Positions 8,363-19,991 of a DNA stretch of 64,000 bases are shown one piece after another; within the stretch, counting starts at the first letter, position 1; each line of letters opens with the position of its first letter. The notes below the pieces were generated by a model, which had not been told where the DNA came from, did not search any database, and saw only the letters and a program-made list of their open reading frames with translations. A program made the position numbers and the translations under genes. The stretch is from the NCBI GenBank assembly GCA_035501175.1, contig DATJWQ010000054.1, forward strand, positions 70,984 through 134,983. Reading direction: 5' to 3'. The DNA is from Verrucomicrobiia bacterium. GTDB lineage: Bacteria > Verrucomicrobiota > Verrucomicrobiia > Palsa-1439.

Positions 8363-11362
8363 ATGGTTAGCTGGATACTCAAAAAAATGCTGGGTTCGAA
8401 GAACCAGCGCGAGCTGAAGCGGCTCTGGCCGATCGTGCATCGCGTCAACGAAGTCGAAGTCGAATACCAGAAACTCACGGACGAGCAGCTTCGGGCCAAG
8501 ACGGAGGAATTCCGCAAACGGCTGGCCGAGGGTGCGACGCTGGACGACCTTCTTCCCGAAGCCTTCGCCGCGGTAAAGAACGCCTGCCGCCGGCTTGTCG
8601 GCAAGGAATGGCCCGTGCGCGGCCAGGCCTACAAATGGGACATGATTCCGTTTGATGTCCAGATTCTCGGCGGCGTTGCGTTGCATATCGGCCGGATCGC
8701 CGAAATGGCGACGGGCGAAGGCAAAACGCTCGTGGCGACCATGCCACTGTATCTGAATGCGCTCGCCGGCAACGCCCATCTCGTGACGGTCAACGATTAC
8801 CTGGCAGCACGCGATGCCGAGTGGGTGGGGGAAGTTCACAAATTCCTGGGGCTAACCGTCGGCTGCATCCAGCACGATCAATCCCCGGCAGTCCGCCGGG
8901 CGCAATACGCCTGCGATATCACCTACGGCACGAACGCCGAGTTCGGGTTCGATTATCTGCGCGACAACGGCATGGCTACGAGCGTGGAGACGCAGGTGCA
9001 ACGGGGCCATTTCTACGCCATCGTCGACGAAGTCGACTCGATTCTCATCGACGAAGCCCGCACGCCGCTGATCATCAGCGGGCCGTCCACCGTGTCGACC
9101 CACGCCTATGACAAGTACAAGCCGCAGGTGGCGGAGTTGTTCCGCACGCAGACCATGCTGTGCAATCGATTCGTAAGCGAGGCGAAGCAACTGCTCGATG
9201 GCCGCAGCAGCAATGGGAAGAGCAATGACGATCTCGATCGCGCTGCCAGAGCTGGCCGCCTCCTCTATCAGGTCAAACTCGGGACGCCAAAGAACAAACA
9301 GTTGCAAAAGATGATGGAGGAACCCGAGATCCGCCAGTTGGTGGATCAGACCGAGCTCGAGGTACTGAAAGATTCGACGAAAAAGGACATGCTCGATCTG
9401 AAGGAGGAGTTGCTCTTCACCATCGATGAGAAGCAGCACGACTCTGACCTGACCGAGAAGGGCCGCAAATATCTCAACCCGAACGATCCGGATGCGTTCG
9501 TGATTCCCGACCTGGTGACGGCGTTGCAGGAGGTGGATGCGAAGCAACTGCCCGAAGCCGAACGCGAGAAGGAGAAGCAACGCGTCCAGCAGCAGTTCGA
9601 CGAGCGTAGCGAGAAAATCCACAACATTTCCCAACTGCTCCGCGCCTATTGCCTGTTCGAGAAAGATGTCGAGTATGTCGTTCAGGACAACAAGGTGATG
9701 ATCGTCGATGAGTTCACGGGGCGGCTGATGCCGGGGCGTCGCTGGAGCGATGGATTGCATCAGGCCGTCGAGGCAAAGGAAGGCGTGACGATCGAGCGCG
9801 AGACGCAGACCTTGGCGACGATCACGATCCAGAATTATTTTCGCTTGTACAAGAAGCTTGCAGGAATGACCGGTACCGCCGAAACTGAAGCGACGGAATT
9901 CGAAAACATCTACAAGCTCGGCGTAATCGTGGTGCCAACAAACCGACCTTGCGTCCGCAAGGACGACCACGACGTGATTTACAAGACGCGTCGCGAAAAA
10001 TACAACGCGATTATCGACGACATCGTCGAGCGCCATCGCAAAGGCCAGCCGATGCTCGTCGGCACGGTGAGCGTCGAAGCCAGCGAGGTGCTCTCGCGGA
10101 TGTTGGGGCGGCAGCGGATTCCGCACAACGTGCTCAATGCGAAGTATCACCAGCGCGAGGCCGAGATCGTCGCTCGCGCCGGTCAGCGTGGTTCTGTGAC
10201 CATCGCCACCAACATGGCGGGCCGCGGCACCGATATCAAGCTGGGCGAAGGCGTGCCGGGAGTCGGTGGGTTGCACGTGATCGGCAGCGAGCGCCACGAG
10301 GCACGGCGGATCGACCGCCAGCTCCGCGGACGTTGCGCGCGCCAGGGCGATCCCGGCAGCAGCCGGTTTTACGTGTCGCTGGAAGACGATCTGATGCGCC
10401 TGTTCGGCGGCGGACGAATCGGCACGGTCATGGAAAAGCTCGGGATGAAGGAGGGCGAGGCGCTCGAGCATAGCTGGCTGAATCGGTCCATCGAGACCGC
10501 CCAGCGGCGTGTTGAGGAGCACCATTTCTCCATCCGCAAGCGCACGTTGGAGTTTGACGACGTGATGAACAAGCAGCGTGAGGTGCTCTACGGGTTCCGC
10601 AATGACATCATCCACAGTGCCAACCCTCGCGAATCGATCTTCGACATCATCGAGGAGGTCGTCGAAGCGCGGGTCATCGAGTACTGTCCGCAGGACAAGA
10701 CGCCTGATGAATGGGAGGTCGAGGCGCTGATTCGCTGGGCGAACCAGGCATTTCCCATCGGCCTGCGCAAAGAGCACATCGAGGGCAAGACCGCCGAGCA
10801 GATACGCGATGTGATGCTCGACAAGGTCAAGCGCGCCTACGACGCGAAGGCGGCGAATGAGAATCCTGACGCGTTGAAGGCCATCGAGCGGCTGATTGTT
10901 CTCAATGCGCTGGACCGGCTTTGGCAGGAACACCTGTACAACATGGATCAGCTCCGCGACGGCATCGGTCTGCGCGCGTACGGCCAGAAGGATCCGTTGG
11001 TTGAGTACAAGACGGAAGCGTTCGCGATGTTCGACGAGATGCAGGACAACGTGAAGAACGAGATCGCCAACAACGTCTTCCGCTCAGCGAGTTCACTCGC
11101 GGCCTTCGAGAATTTCCTGCGAGCCCTGCCGCAGCAGCTCATCGGACCGGATTCGACGTCGGGCTCCGCCTACAAGCAGCCACCTCCCGGCGCACCGCAA
11201 GCCCCACCGCCAGCACAAGCGGGCGGGAAGGACATCGTGAGCGATGCGATCGATAAGGCGACGCAACCGATCAAACGCGAAGTGCCGAAGGTGGGGCGAA
11301 ACGAACCCTGCCCGTGCGGCAGCGGTAGGAAGTACAAAAACTGTTGCGGAAAGAATGGCTAG
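8363..11362 (+). CDS. secA: preprotein translocase ATPase SecA
   Basis: 999 aa; DEAD motor motifs; C-terminal zinc finger [14 protein letters not shown]. Confidence 0.95.
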   Translation: MVSWILKKMLGSKNQRELKRLWPIVHRVNEVEVEYQKLTDEQLRAKTEEFRKRLAEGATLDDLLPEAFAAVKNACRRLVGKEWPVRGQAYKWDMIPFDVQILGGVALHIGRIAEMATGEGKTLVATMPLYLNALAGNAHLVTVNDYLAARDAEWVGEVHKFLGLTVGCIQHDQSPAVRRAQYACDITYGTNAEFGFDYLRDNGMATSVETQVQRGHFYAIVDEVDSILIDEARTPLIISGPSTVSTHAYDKYKPQVAELFRTQTMLCNRFVSEAKQLLDGRSSNGKSNDDLDRAARAGRLLYQVKLGTPKNKQLQKMMEEPEIRQLVDQTELEVLKDSTKKDMLDLKEELLFTIDEKQHDSDLTEKGRKYLNPNDPDAFVIPDLVTALQEVDAKQLPEAEREKEKQRVQQQFDERSEKIHNISQLLRAYCLFEKDVEYVVQDNKVMIVDEFTGRLMPGRRWSDGLHQAVEAKEGVTIERETQTLATITIQNYFRLYKKLAGMTGTAETEATEFENIYKLGVIVVPTNRPCVRKDDHDVIYKTRREKYNAIIDDIVERHRKGQPMLVGTVSVEASEVLSRMLGRQRIPHNVLNAKYHQREAEIVARAGQRGSVTIATNMAGRGTDIKLGEGVPGVGGLHVIGSERHEARRIDRQLRGRCARQGDPGSSRFYVSLEDDLMRLFGGGRIGTVMEKLGMKEGEALEHSWLNRSIETAQRRVEEHHFSIRKRTLEFDDVMNKQREVLYGFRNDIIHSANPRESIFDIIEEVVEARVIEYCPQDKTPDEWEVEALIRWANQAFPIGLRKEHIEGKTAEQIRDVMLDKVKRAYDAKAANENPDALKAIERLIVLNALDRLWQEHLYNMDQLRDGIGLRAYGQKDPLVEYKTEAFAMFDEMQDNVKNEIANNVFRSASSLAAFENFLRALPQQLIGPDSTSGSAYKQPPPGAPQAPPPAQAGGKDIVSDAIDKATQPIKREVPKVGRNEPCPCGSGRKYKNCCGKNG

Positions 11363-11413
11363 CTTCCCGATTGCGGCCTCGAAGCCGGTTCGGGGTGGAT
11401 TCGACGACGCCGA

Positions 11414-13021
11414 ATGAAATCCGCGGCGACAACGATCGGTCTGGGGCGGTGGCTGCTGCCCATCATTGCCGGAATTGCAACGGCGTGGGCCTATCCGCCC
11501 TTCCACATGGCGCAGTTGGCGTGGTTATCTCTCGTGCCGCTGTTATTTGCCGTTGAGAACTGCGCGCTCGGTGAGGCGTTTCGGCGTGGTTACATCGCCG
11601 GCCTCGTCTTCTTCGGAATGACGACGTGGTGGGTGATCCACGTCAGTGTGCCCGGTGCCGTCGCGCTCATTGCCTTCCTGGCCCTGTACTTCGGCGGCGC
11701 GGCTGCCGCATTCGCATTCATCAGCACGCGCATCATTGGCATAGAGGCCGCATCGCGGCGCGGCGGACCTGATTCGGTGACGCGCAATCTGCTCGGGGCC
11801 GTGGTAGGGTCGGCGTGCTGGACGGTGATCGAGTGGGTCCGCGGATGGTTTCTGATGGGCGGATTCCCATGGAACTTTCTCGGCGTCAGCCAGTGGCAGG
11901 CAGGCGCGCTGATCCAGTTCGCCAGCGTCACCGGCGTTTACGGCGTGTCCGCTCTGCTGTGCCTGGTGAACTATGCATTCTATTTCACCATCCGCCGGTT
12001 CGTCCGCCAAATCGGCAACGCGACCCCGATGCGACGTTTGAGCTGGGAATTCTACGTTGCGATGCTGCTCGTGTGCGCCGCGTTTTTGCAAGGCATCAGG
12101 GAAATGAAGTCGGCCCGGGATCTGAATACACGGAGCGTGCGGCTGGGGCTTGTGCAGCCGGACATTCCGCAGTCGCTAAAATTCGACCCTGGCGAACGGA
12201 AACTGATTCTCAGCCGGCTGGGGAATCTCACGGAGGCGCTGCTTGCCAGCGGCCCGCAGTTGATTGTCTGGCCGGAGACGGCCATGCCGTGGGCGATCCA
12301 ATACGATAAGGAATCGGTCGACCTGATTAGCAATATTGTTGTTACGTCAAATGCGTATCTGCTCACGGGTTTCTTCGACGACCGCAACCCGCGGGTGTAC
12401 AACGCCGCGATGCTATTCACGCCGCAGCCGGCGATCTCGGCGGTCTATCGCAAAACTCATCTTGTGCCCTTTGGTGAGTACGTCCCGCTGCGATCGCTAT
12501 GGGCGCCGCTGTTGAAGAGGATCGGTCCCAAAGATTACAATGTCGACGATTTCTTCGACATGACTTCGGGCGAAGACTTCACGGTGTTTCAGGCGCTGGG
12601 ATACCGGTTCGGGACGGTGATTTGCTACGAGGACACGGTGCCGGGGTTGTACCGGCAGTTCGTTCAGCGCCACGTGGATTTCATGGTCAATCTCACCAAC
12701 GACGCGTGGTTCAAGACATCGCCGGAGCTCGAAATGCATCTGGCCAATGCCGTATTCCGCTGCGTGGAGAATCGCCGTCCACTGGTGCGCGCCACGAACA
12801 ATGGCGTGACGTGCGTTATCAGCGAACATGGCTTCATCCGCTCACGATGCCAGCCGTTTACGCAGGGAAGCCTGAGCTGCGAGTTGGCGTTGCCGGTCGA
12901 TCGTGCCGAGACGTTTTATACGCTTCATGGGGATGTTTTTGTGGCCGCATGTGCGGCCATCACGGTGCTTGGAATCGGACTTGCCGCGTTTCGCGGCAAT
13001 CGGCTACATTCGCCCACATGA
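11414..13021 (+). CDS. lnt: apolipoprotein N-acyltransferase
   Basis: N-terminal multi-TM region followed by a CN-hydrolase domain (VICYEDTVPG...). Confidence 0.85.
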   Translation: MKSAATTIGLGRWLLPIIAGIATAWAYPPFHMAQLAWLSLVPLLFAVENCALGEAFRRGYIAGLVFFGMTTWWVIHVSVPGAVALIAFLALYFGGAAAAFAFISTRIIGIEAASRRGGPDSVTRNLLGAVVGSACWTVIEWVRGWFLMGGFPWNFLGVSQWQAGALIQFASVTGVYGVSALLCLVNYAFYFTIRRFVRQIGNATPMRRLSWEFYVAMLLVCAAFLQGIREMKSARDLNTRSVRLGLVQPDIPQSLKFDPGERKLILSRLGNLTEALLASGPQLIVWPETAMPWAIQYDKESVDLISNIVVTSNAYLLTGFFDDRNPRVYNAAMLFTPQPAISAVYRKTHLVPFGEYVPLRSLWAPLLKRIGPKDYNVDDFFDMTSGEDFTVFQALGYRFGTVICYEDTVPGLYRQFVQRHVDFMVNLTNDAWFKTSPELEMHLANAVFRCVENRRPLVRATNNGVTCVISEHGFIRSRCQPFTQGSLSCELALPVDRAETFYTLHGDVFVAACAAITVLGIGLAAFRGNRLHSPT

Positions 13022-13650
13022 CCGCGATTATCTTCGTCGGTTGCGCAGTCGCTTCCTATTTGATCGGGTCGATTCCGACCGGCTTTGTCTGGGCCAAAGC
13101 GCGCGGGATCGACATCCGCAAGGTCGGCAGCGGGAACATCGGCGCGACCAATGTCATGCGCGCGCTCGGAAAGGGGCCCGGCATTACCGTGTTGCTCATC
13201 GATGCAGTCAAAGGATTTCTGCCGGTCTGGTTGGCGCCACGCGTCTTCTCCAATGTTGATATCGTCTGGCTTCAGATTGTTTGTTGCGTGTCCGTAATCG
13301 CGGGACACAACTGGACGTGCTGGTTGAAATTCAGGGGAGGGAAGGGGGTTGCGACGAGCGCCGGTGCGATGGTGGCGTTTCTGCCATGGCCGCTTCTGTG
13401 TGCCCTCGGAGTCTGGCTGGTTGTCTTCGGCATCTCGCGATACGTATCGCTGGCGTCGATTTGCGCCGCCGCGGCGTTGCCCATGGCCACTTGGTTCCTT
13501 GAGAGGGACAAAACGCTCCTCATTTTCGCGGCGATTGTTGGCGCCGTGGCGATTTACAAGCACAAGTCGAACATTCAACGCCTGCTGGCGGGAACAGAGA
13601 ATCGGATTGGCAAACGCAAAGAGCCCGACGGGAAAGGCGCGGTAGCATGA
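13018..13650 (+). CDS. plsY: glycerol-3-phosphate acyltransferase PlsY
   Basis: ATG 13018 overlaps the lnt stop; SGNIGATN motif; 210 aa membrane protein. Confidence 0.85.
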   Translation: MTAIIFVGCAVASYLIGSIPTGFVWAKARGIDIRKVGSGNIGATNVMRALGKGPGITVLLIDAVKGFLPVWLAPRVFSNVDIVWLQIVCCVSVIAGHNWTCWLKFRGGKGVATSAGAMVAFLPWPLLCALGVWLVVFGISRYVSLASICAAAALPMATWFLERDKTLLIFAAIVGAVAIYKHKSNIQRLLAGTENRIGKRKEPDGKGAVA

Positions 13651-14642
13651 GAATTGCAGTCATCGGCACGGGCGGATGGGGGACGGCGCTGGCGGTGTTA
13701 CTGCACGGGAACGGCCACAAGGTCGCGCTTTGGGGACGGCTTCCCGAAGAAGTCGAACCAATTTTGGCAGCGGGCGAGAACAAGGACTTCCTGCCGGGAG
13801 TAACGATTCCGAAAGAAATCCTGGTGACGCTGGATGCGGAAGCCGCGCTACGCGGAGCGGAACTGGTGGTGCTGGCGGTTCCCTCGCACGGGATGCGGCC
13901 GATTTGTGAAAAGCTGAAAGTATTTTTGTCGCCCGGCCTGCCGCTGGTCAGCGTGGCGAAGGGAATCGAGAACGAGACCGGGGCGCGCATGAGTGAGGTG
14001 ATCAGCGACGTGGTGGGGACGGATCGCATTGTCGTGCTCTCCGGGCCCAGTCATGCCGAGGAAGTCGGGCGCGGTATCCCCACGGCTGTCGTTGTGGCGG
14101 CGAAAGATACATCGCTGGCAGCGGCGGCGCAAAAGGCCTTCATGAACGAGCGGTTCCGCATCTATACCCATGACGATGTGACCGGTGTTGAGCTTGGCGG
14201 AGCGCTCAAAAACGTCATCGCCGTTGCGGCCGGCGCGTGCGACGGGATTGGATTTGGCGACAACACGAAAGCGGCGCTGTGCACGCGTGGCTTGGCGGAG
14301 ATGACGCGGCTCGGCGTGGCCTTGGGGGCTCGGCGGGAGACGTTTTTCGGGCTCAGCGGCGTCGGCGACCTGATTGTGACCGCGTTCAGCCGCCACAGCC
14401 GCAACCGGGGATTCGGCGAACGTCTCGGGAAAGGCGAGACAGCCGATCACATTACCGGGAGCACTCACATGGTGGCCGAGGGGGTTCGTACGGCGAAATC
14501 GGTCTGGCAGGTGGCACACCGGTTGCATGTGGATGTGCCGATTGCGGCACAAGTGTATGCAATTTTGTACGAAGGAAAGGCGCCCAAACAGGCGGTGCGG
14601 GACCTGATGACCCGCGAAGCCAAGCCGGAATTCGGCTGCTGA
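13647..14642 (+). CDS. gpsA: NAD(P)H-dependent glycerol-3-phosphate dehydrogenase
   Basis: IAVIGTGGWGTALA Rossmann motif and GpsA C-terminal domain; ATG overlaps the plsY stop. Confidence 0.9.
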   Translation: MRIAVIGTGGWGTALAVLLHGNGHKVALWGRLPEEVEPILAAGENKDFLPGVTIPKEILVTLDAEAALRGAELVVLAVPSHGMRPICEKLKVFLSPGLPLVSVAKGIENETGARMSEVISDVVGTDRIVVLSGPSHAEEVGRGIPTAVVVAAKDTSLAAAAQKAFMNERFRIYTHDDVTGVELGGALKNVIAVAAGACDGIGFGDNTKAALCTRGLAEMTRLGVALGARRETFFGLSGVGDLIVTAFSRHSRNRGFGERLGKGETADHITGSTHMVAEGVRTAKSVWQVAHRLHVDVPIAAQVYAILYEGKAPKQAVRDLMTREAKPEFGC

Positions 14643-14688
14643 GGAGGGCGGCTAATGAATAAACAGGGCTGCCGGTTGGTCAAATTGG

Positions 14689-15333
14689 GTGGAACATTTC
14701 CCCATGGACCGTGTCATACAACCTGCCCCGAAAGATTCGGGGCCGGACGCTGAGAAGACCCTCAGCGACCATGAATTACTGCTCCGCTGTCGGGCGGGAG
14801 ACGAGACGGCGTTCGAAGATCTCGTGTTGCGCCACCAGCAGCGGGCATTCAACGTCGCGTTTCAGATTCTCCGCGACCGGGAGGATGCCACGGAAGTGGC
14901 CCAGGACGCGTTTGTGAGGATTTATCGGAGTGTGAGTGATTTTCGTGGGGAATGCGAGTTCACCACGTGGCTGCATCAAATCGTGCTGAATCTCGCCCGC
15001 AACAAGCACCGTTGGTGGAAACGACGGGGCCGTCACGCGAGCGTCTCGTTGGACGCGACGCGCGAACTGGAGGATGGCGATGCGCCAATGCAGATGGCCG
15101 TGAGCGGGGATGCACCCGACGTGGAAACCGTGAAGGCCGAATTCGTGGAACGACTCAGCCGTGAGATGGAGGAACTGCCTCAGAAGTTTCGCGAAGTCTT
15201 GGTGTTGCGCAACGCCGAAGGCCTCAGCTACGAACAGATTGCCAAGGTCCTTGATTGTTCGATTGGCACGGTGAAATCGCGAATTGCCCGGGCGCGGGAG
15301 ATGTTGCGACAGAGCATGAAGGACGAATCATGA
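14689..15333 (+). CDS. ECF (sigma-70 family) RNA polymerase sigma factor
   Basis: sigma-70 region 2 (FEDLVLRHQQRAFNVAF) and region 4 (LSYEQIAKVLDCSIGTVKSRIARA). Confidence 0.85.
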   Translation: MEHFPMDRVIQPAPKDSGPDAEKTLSDHELLLRCRAGDETAFEDLVLRHQQRAFNVAFQILRDREDATEVAQDAFVRIYRSVSDFRGECEFTTWLHQIVLNLARNKHRWWKRRGRHASVSLDATRELEDGDAPMQMAVSGDAPDVETVKAEFVERLSREMEELPQKFREVLVLRNAEGLSYEQIAKVLDCSIGTVKSRIARAREMLRQSMKDES

Positions 15334-15343
15334 GGACGAACGG

Positions 15344-16618
15344 ATGAACGATTGCGATCTCATCCAACCTGAGTTGTCCGCTTATGTCGACGGCGAAATG
15401 GGTTCGTCGGAACGGCAACTGATCGAGGCGCATCTGGCCTCGTGTCCACGCTGCCAGAAAGCGCTAGGGGAACTGAGAACTCTTGCCGACGGTGTCTCGG
15501 CTTTGCCGAAGCTCGAGCCGTCGCCGCAGTTTCTTGCGCAAGTGCGCCGCAAGATCAGCCGCGGGTATGATCCGGAGGCGCCGACCTGGATCGATTATCT
15601 GTTTCGTCCGTTCTGGGTGAAGGTGCCGATCGAAATCGCGGCGATCGCCGCCGTAGCGCTGGTTCTCGTTCAGCTACGACAGGCGCCGCTCGGGCAACCG
15701 GCACCGGGCGAACAAATGGCGCAAGCGGAGAACGGTGTTAGCGAACAGCAGGCTCCGATGGAGGTCAAGCCCGAGAGCGTGCAGCCTACTACGCTCCCAG
15801 AGCAACAACCCGCCGCGCCGGCAGAGGCACCGCAAGTTGCCATAGCTGATGCTCCATCAGCACCCGCTGTCGGCGGTGAATCCATACCGTTGTCGGAAGC
15901 GCAGAGCAGGCATGAAATGGCAGCCGCGTCTGCCGCGGATGTCGCAACCGCTTCTGGTCCGTTTGCCACGCGGGAATCGGGTTCCACCTCGCAACCTGAT
16001 GGCGCTCCCATCGGGCAAAGTGTAAAGGCACGTTTGGAGGGACAACGGAGAGTTCCAACCTTGGGCCTTGCTGGAGCCGCTTCGGCATCGCCTTCGATGC
16101 CGTCACCGACTGTCGCGTCCGCGCTGGCGCGAAAGGCGGGCGTGGAACCTTCACGACTCGGCGACGTCGTGGTCGTCCGCTCGGGTGATCTCCACGCCGT
16201 CCAGAACCGCGCCGAAGAACTGGCTGCCCGGTGCAACGGCAAGGTAATCACCGTTCCCTCGTCAATGGATTCAACCGGACAACTCTTTTTCGTGGAAGTG
16301 CCGCGCGAGTACGCAGCGTCGTTCAAGCTGGACATGCAGCAACCGGCCGGCACGTCGACATCTTCGGTTGGTGGAGCGTTGGCGAGAATTGACGCCGCAC
16401 CGACGAATATCGCGCTGTTATCCGCCACGTCGACCGGTCGGGTCTTCGGCGTCTTGACAGGGGGAGCGGACACCGGCTCGGTCTTCAGTGGTCTGGCCCA
16501 GCTCAATCTCCCGAATAACCCGCAGTCCGCAGCCGCCGCCACGACCGTTCTGCAGATTTACGTGATGCCGCCGGCTCTGGCGTCGACAAATGGAGCGCCG
16601 ACTGCCCTGTCCAACTAG
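15344..16618 (+). CDS. anti-sigma factor (zf-HC2 type), single TM, Ala/Pro-rich extracytoplasmic region
   Basis: immediately downstream of the ECF sigma; HLASCPRCQ zinc-finger motif; TM AIAAVALVLVQ. Confidence 0.7.
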   Translation: MNDCDLIQPELSAYVDGEMGSSERQLIEAHLASCPRCQKALGELRTLADGVSALPKLEPSPQFLAQVRRKISRGYDPEAPTWIDYLFRPFWVKVPIEIAAIAAVALVLVQLRQAPLGQPAPGEQMAQAENGVSEQQAPMEVKPESVQPTTLPEQQPAAPAEAPQVAIADAPSAPAVGGESIPLSEAQSRHEMAAASAADVATASGPFATRESGSTSQPDGAPIGQSVKARLEGQRRVPTLGLAGAASASPSMPSPTVASALARKAGVEPSRLGDVVVVRSGDLHAVQNRAEELAARCNGKVITVPSSMDSTGQLFFVEVPREYAASFKLDMQQPAGTSTSSVGGALARIDAAPTNIALLSATSTGRVFGVLTGGADTGSVFSGLAQLNLPNNPQSAAAATTVLQIYVMPPALASTNGAPTALSN

Positions 16619-16629
16619 CCCGCAGCTGT

Positions 16630-18309
16630 CTAGTTGCCCTTCAACTGCTGGAGGCGGCCGGAGATGTCCTTGTTGTTGGGCTCGATCTTGTGGGCTTCGC
16701 TGAGGATGTTGATGGCCTCATCAGTCTTGCCCGCTTTCAGCAAGACCTCGGCGAGATGATCGAGGACAACCGCATCATCCTTCATGAGCGCGACGGCCCG
16801 GCGCATTTGGACAAGGGCTTCATCGTTGCGTCCGAGCTTGAACAATACCCAACCGAGGCTGTCCAGGTAGGCGCCGTTTTTCGGATCGAGTTTGACGGCC
16901 TTTTGGATCAACCCGAGAGCTTCCTGCAGGTTGGTGCCCTTTTCGGCCCACATGTATCCCAGATAGTTCGCGGCGATCGGGTCCTCGGGATCGAGCTCGA
17001 GGCATTTGCGGAAGAGCGTGACGGCCTTGTCGGCGTCGCCGGCCCGTTCACACGCGGCGCCGTAAGAGAAATAGAATTTGCTCGAGAGCTTCTCCTGATC
17101 GGGCGATTCGCGAGCGAGCGTCTCGGCATCGGCGAAGGAAGCGACAGCGTTGGTGTATTGTTTTCGGTCGGTCTGGATCAGGCCTGTGAAGTAGGGCACC
17201 CGAAAGTCAGTCGGGAACTTATCTTTCCACGTGCCGAGTGTTTTGAGCGCATCGTCGGTCTTCTGCGAATCCAACTGAAGCGCAGTGATCTGGGCGTAGA
17301 TCTCGGGCTGATTGGGTCGGATGACCAGAGACTGCTGGTAATTGGAGATGGCCTTTTCCGTGTTGTTCTCGTCTCCGTACAACTCGCCCAGGTCATTGTA
17401 GATCGCGAACGCCAGGGGCTCTCGCTTGATAATCTCTTCGAGCACCGCGATGGCCTTTTGTTTTTGGTCGGCGCGGATGTAATTTGCCGCCAAGCGTTCG
17501 CGGATCAGAGGCGTGTCGGGATTCGCGGCCAGCAGTTTGGCGTAGAGATCGGCCGACTTCTGGTAGTCGCCGTTGTCGGTATAGGCATCGGCCAGCCGCA
17601 GCTCGACATCCGTGTCGCCGGGGTCGAATTTCAGCGCCTTCTCGTAGCACTGCTGAATGCGCTTGCGGTCGATCTTCAGGCTCCAGGTCGGTTTCTGTCG
17701 GTGAACGATCGCGTAGAAATCACCCAGCCGGGACCAGTAGCTTCCCGCCTCGATGTTCTGGCGAAAGGCGCGGTCGAGCGCCCGAATCGCCTCCTTCTCG
17801 GAATCCTGCAGGATGAGAATCTCCAGAAGCCCGCCGAGGGCGTTCAAGTTGCTCGGCTGCGATTTAACGGCGGTGTGAAACGCCACGGCAGCGTTGTCGT
17901 TTTGGTTGTCCGAGCGGTAGACGAACCCGAGCCAGTAGGCGAGCTCGGCGTCATCCGGGTTGGATTGGAGGGCGGACTGCAGGACACTGACAGCATTGGT
18001 GATGTCATGTTTGGTCGCGTAGATCTGGCCGATGCGGATGGCGAGGGCCGTATTGTGCGGATCGTACTGGACGACGCGGGAGTAGTGCTCAAGCGCGTCA
18101 TCCAGGTCGCCGCGAATCTCTGCCGAATAACCGGTGGCGTACTCGGCCAGCGCGTCGGCCTTGCGCTGTTCGGCGGCGGTCAACTCGATGGGCTGATCCG
18201 ACGCCGAGGGAGCCCCGCCGCTTGAATGGAACGTCGTGGCGCAGCCGACGGCACACAACACCGCAGCCAGCGCCGCTGCAGAACCGCACGCGCTTGCCTT
18301 CCCAAACAT
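16630..18309 (-). CDS. TPR-repeat lipoprotein
   Basis: lipoprotein signal (AVLCAVGCATT); numerous 34-aa TPR units. Confidence 0.8.
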   Translation of the reverse strand: MFGKASACGSAAALAAVLCAVGCATTFHSSGGAPSASDQPIELTAAEQRKADALAEYATGYSAEIRGDLDDALEHYSRVVQYDPHNTALAIRIGQIYATKHDITNAVSVLQSALQSNPDDAELAYWLGFVYRSDNQNDNAAVAFHTAVKSQPSNLNALGGLLEILILQDSEKEAIRALDRAFRQNIEAGSYWSRLGDFYAIVHRQKPTWSLKIDRKRIQQCYEKALKFDPGDTDVELRLADAYTDNGDYQKSADLYAKLLAANPDTPLIRERLAANYIRADQKQKAIAVLEEIIKREPLAFAIYNDLGELYGDENNTEKAISNYQQSLVIRPNQPEIYAQITALQLDSQKTDDALKTLGTWKDKFPTDFRVPYFTGLIQTDRKQYTNAVASFADAETLARESPDQEKLSSKFYFSYGAACERAGDADKAVTLFRKCLELDPEDPIAANYLGYMWAEKGTNLQEALGLIQKAVKLDPKNGAYLDSLGWVLFKLGRNDEALVQMRRAVALMKDDAVVLDHLAEVLLKAGKTDEAINILSEAHKIEPNNKDISGRLQQLKGN

Positions 18310-18327
18310 ATACCCGATGTGAAACTC

Positions 18328-18423
18328 CTAACGGTTTCTCTTCTTGTGACGCATTGCCTTCAAGCGCTTACGGCGCTTGTGCTTGTTGATTTTCTGCTTG
18401 CGTCGTTTCTTCAGCGAGCCCAT
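18328..18423 (-). CDS. small basic protein, ribosomal bS22 / AURKAIP1-COX24-like
   Basis: 31 aa MGSLKKRRKQKINKHKRRKRLKAMRHKKRNR; ATG 18423 (not on the ORF track, below its size cutoff); lies between hisG and the TPR gene on the same strand. Confidence 0.55.
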   Translation of the reverse strand: MGSLKKRRKQKINKHKRRKRLKAMRHKKRNR

Positions 18424-18466
18424 GCGGGCCTCCTTGTTGGTTTCAAAAGCACGCCCTGGGCCACCC

Positions 18467-19357
18467 TTAATAAATCACCTTGTTCAAAGGATACTCTATA
18501 ATACCCTCAGCCCCGGCATCTTTCAACTGGGGGATGATTTCGCGGACGACCCGCTCGTCGATGATGGTTTCCACGGCGACCCAGTCCTCGCGCGACAGGG
18601 CCGAGATCGTCGGGTTGCGCAGCGCGGGCAAATTCTTCAAGAGCGCGGGCAGTTTGCTGCGTTCGATATTCATCTTGAGGCCAACCTTCTCCTCAGCGGC
18701 CAGGGCACCGCGCAGCATCAGCGCGATCGTCTCAATCTTTTTGCGTTTCCACTTGTCGGCCCACGCTTTGTGGTTGGCGATGAGCTGTGGATAGCTCGAG
18801 ACGATCGTCTCGACGATGCGCAGATTGTTCGCTTTCAGCGAGGAGCCGGTCTCGGTCAGTTCGACAATCGCATCCACGAGCTCAGGCGCCTTCACTTCGG
18901 TCGCGCCCCAGGAGAACTCGACCTCGGCAGTCACGCCGTTCTTCTTCAACCAGCGGCGCGTCATCTCGACCAATTCGGTCGCGATGCGCTTTCCCTGGAG
19001 ATCCTTGACGGATTGGATTGAGGACTCATTCGGGACTGCAAGGACCCAGCGGGCGGGATTGGTGGTTTGCTTGCTGTAGGCGATCTCGCCGACGACATGC
19101 ACGTCGCTGGCGTTCTCGGCGATCCAATCGGCACCGGTAAGCCCGACGTCGAGGTAGCCGTGCTCGACGTAGCGGCTGATTTCCTGGGCGCGGATGAGAC
19201 GGAGCGAAAGTTCGGCGTCATCCGTTCGCGGGATGTAGCTTCGGCTGCTGGCTGATATTTTCCAGCCGGCCTTGGCCATCAGGGCAAAGGTCGATTCCTG
19301 GAGGCTGCCCTTGGGCAGGCCAAAACACAACGTCTTCTTTGCTGTCTTATCACTCAT
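18467..19357 (-). CDS. hisG: ATP phosphoribosyltransferase, long form
   Basis: ATG 19357 ([19 protein letters not shown]...); HisG catalytic and C-terminal regulatory domains. Confidence 0.9.
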   Translation of the reverse strand: MSDKTAKKTLCFGLPKGSLQESTFALMAKAGWKISASSRSYIPRTDDAELSLRLIRAQEISRYVEHGYLDVGLTGADWIAENASDVHVVGEIAYSKQTTNPARWVLAVPNESSIQSVKDLQGKRIATELVEMTRRWLKKNGVTAEVEFSWGATEVKAPELVDAIVELTETGSSLKANNLRIVETIVSSYPQLIANHKAWADKWKRKKIETIALMLRGALAAEEKVGLKMNIERSKLPALLKNLPALRNPTISALSREDWVAVETIIDERVVREIIPQLKDAGAEGIIEYPLNKVIY

Positions 19358-19367
19358 GTCTTCGCAC

Positions 19368-19991
19368 TCACTCCACAATTCTCACCACACGTCCGTTGAT
19401 TTCCAATTTCCCTTCGGCGAACAGCCGGATGGCCTGCGGGTAAATCTCGTGCTCCGCCAACTGAATCCGCTGATGCAACGACGGCGGCGTGTCGTTCGCG
19501 AGCACCGGCACGGCCTGCTGCAGGATAATCGGTCCCGAATCCACCCCGTCATCCACGAAATGCACCGTGCATCCCGTCACTTTCACGCCGTGATGCAACG
19601 CCTGCTCCCACGCGTGCAGCCCCGGGAACGCCGGCAACAACGACGGATGCACGTTCACGACCCGACCCGCGAACGCGCGCAGCATCGGCGATTTCACCAC
19701 GCGCATGTATCCCGCCAGCGCGACCAGGTCCACGCCCGCTTCGCGCAGCATCGTCACCGCGCGCTGTTCCAACTCAGGCTCGAGCTTCGTCTTGAACCGG
19801 CTCGGGCCGATGAACTCTGCCTCGACGCCGCGCTTCCGCGCGCGTTCCAAAATCACCGCGTCGGCCACGTCGCTCAACACCAGCGCCACGCGCCCGGGAA
19901 TCCGTCCCGTCGCGCACGCCTCGAGGATCGCTTCGCAATTGGAGCCAGTCCCCGAACCGAGCACCCCGATGCGGAAGTCCGTGCCAGTCAC
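19368..19991 (-). CDS. purN: phosphoribosylglycinamide formyltransferase
   Basis: [12 protein letters not shown] and HPSLLP motifs. Confidence 0.9.
   Translation of the reverse strand: MTGTDFRIGVLGSGTGSNCEAILEACATGRIPGRVALVLSDVADAVILERARKRGVEAEFIGPSRFKTKLEPELEQRAVTMLREAGVDLVALAGYMRVVKSPMLRAFAGRVVNVHPSLLPAFPGLHAWEQALHHGVKVTGCTVHFVDDGVDSGPIILQQAVPVLANDTPPSLHQRIQLAEHEIYPQAIRLFAEGKLEINGRVVRIVE

Noticed and set aside
8852-10933. 693-aa minus-strand ORF
   Set aside because: Antisense to secA; low-complexity Leu/Arg-rich translation with no domain; high-GC artefact
12499-13017. N-terminal extension of the plsY ORF (383-aa track ORF)
   Set aside because: Overlaps the lnt coding frame; PlsY homology and an ATG overlapping the lnt stop begin at 13018
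16690-18225. 511-aa plus-strand ORF
   Set aside because: Antisense to the TPR lipoprotein gene; no recognisable domain
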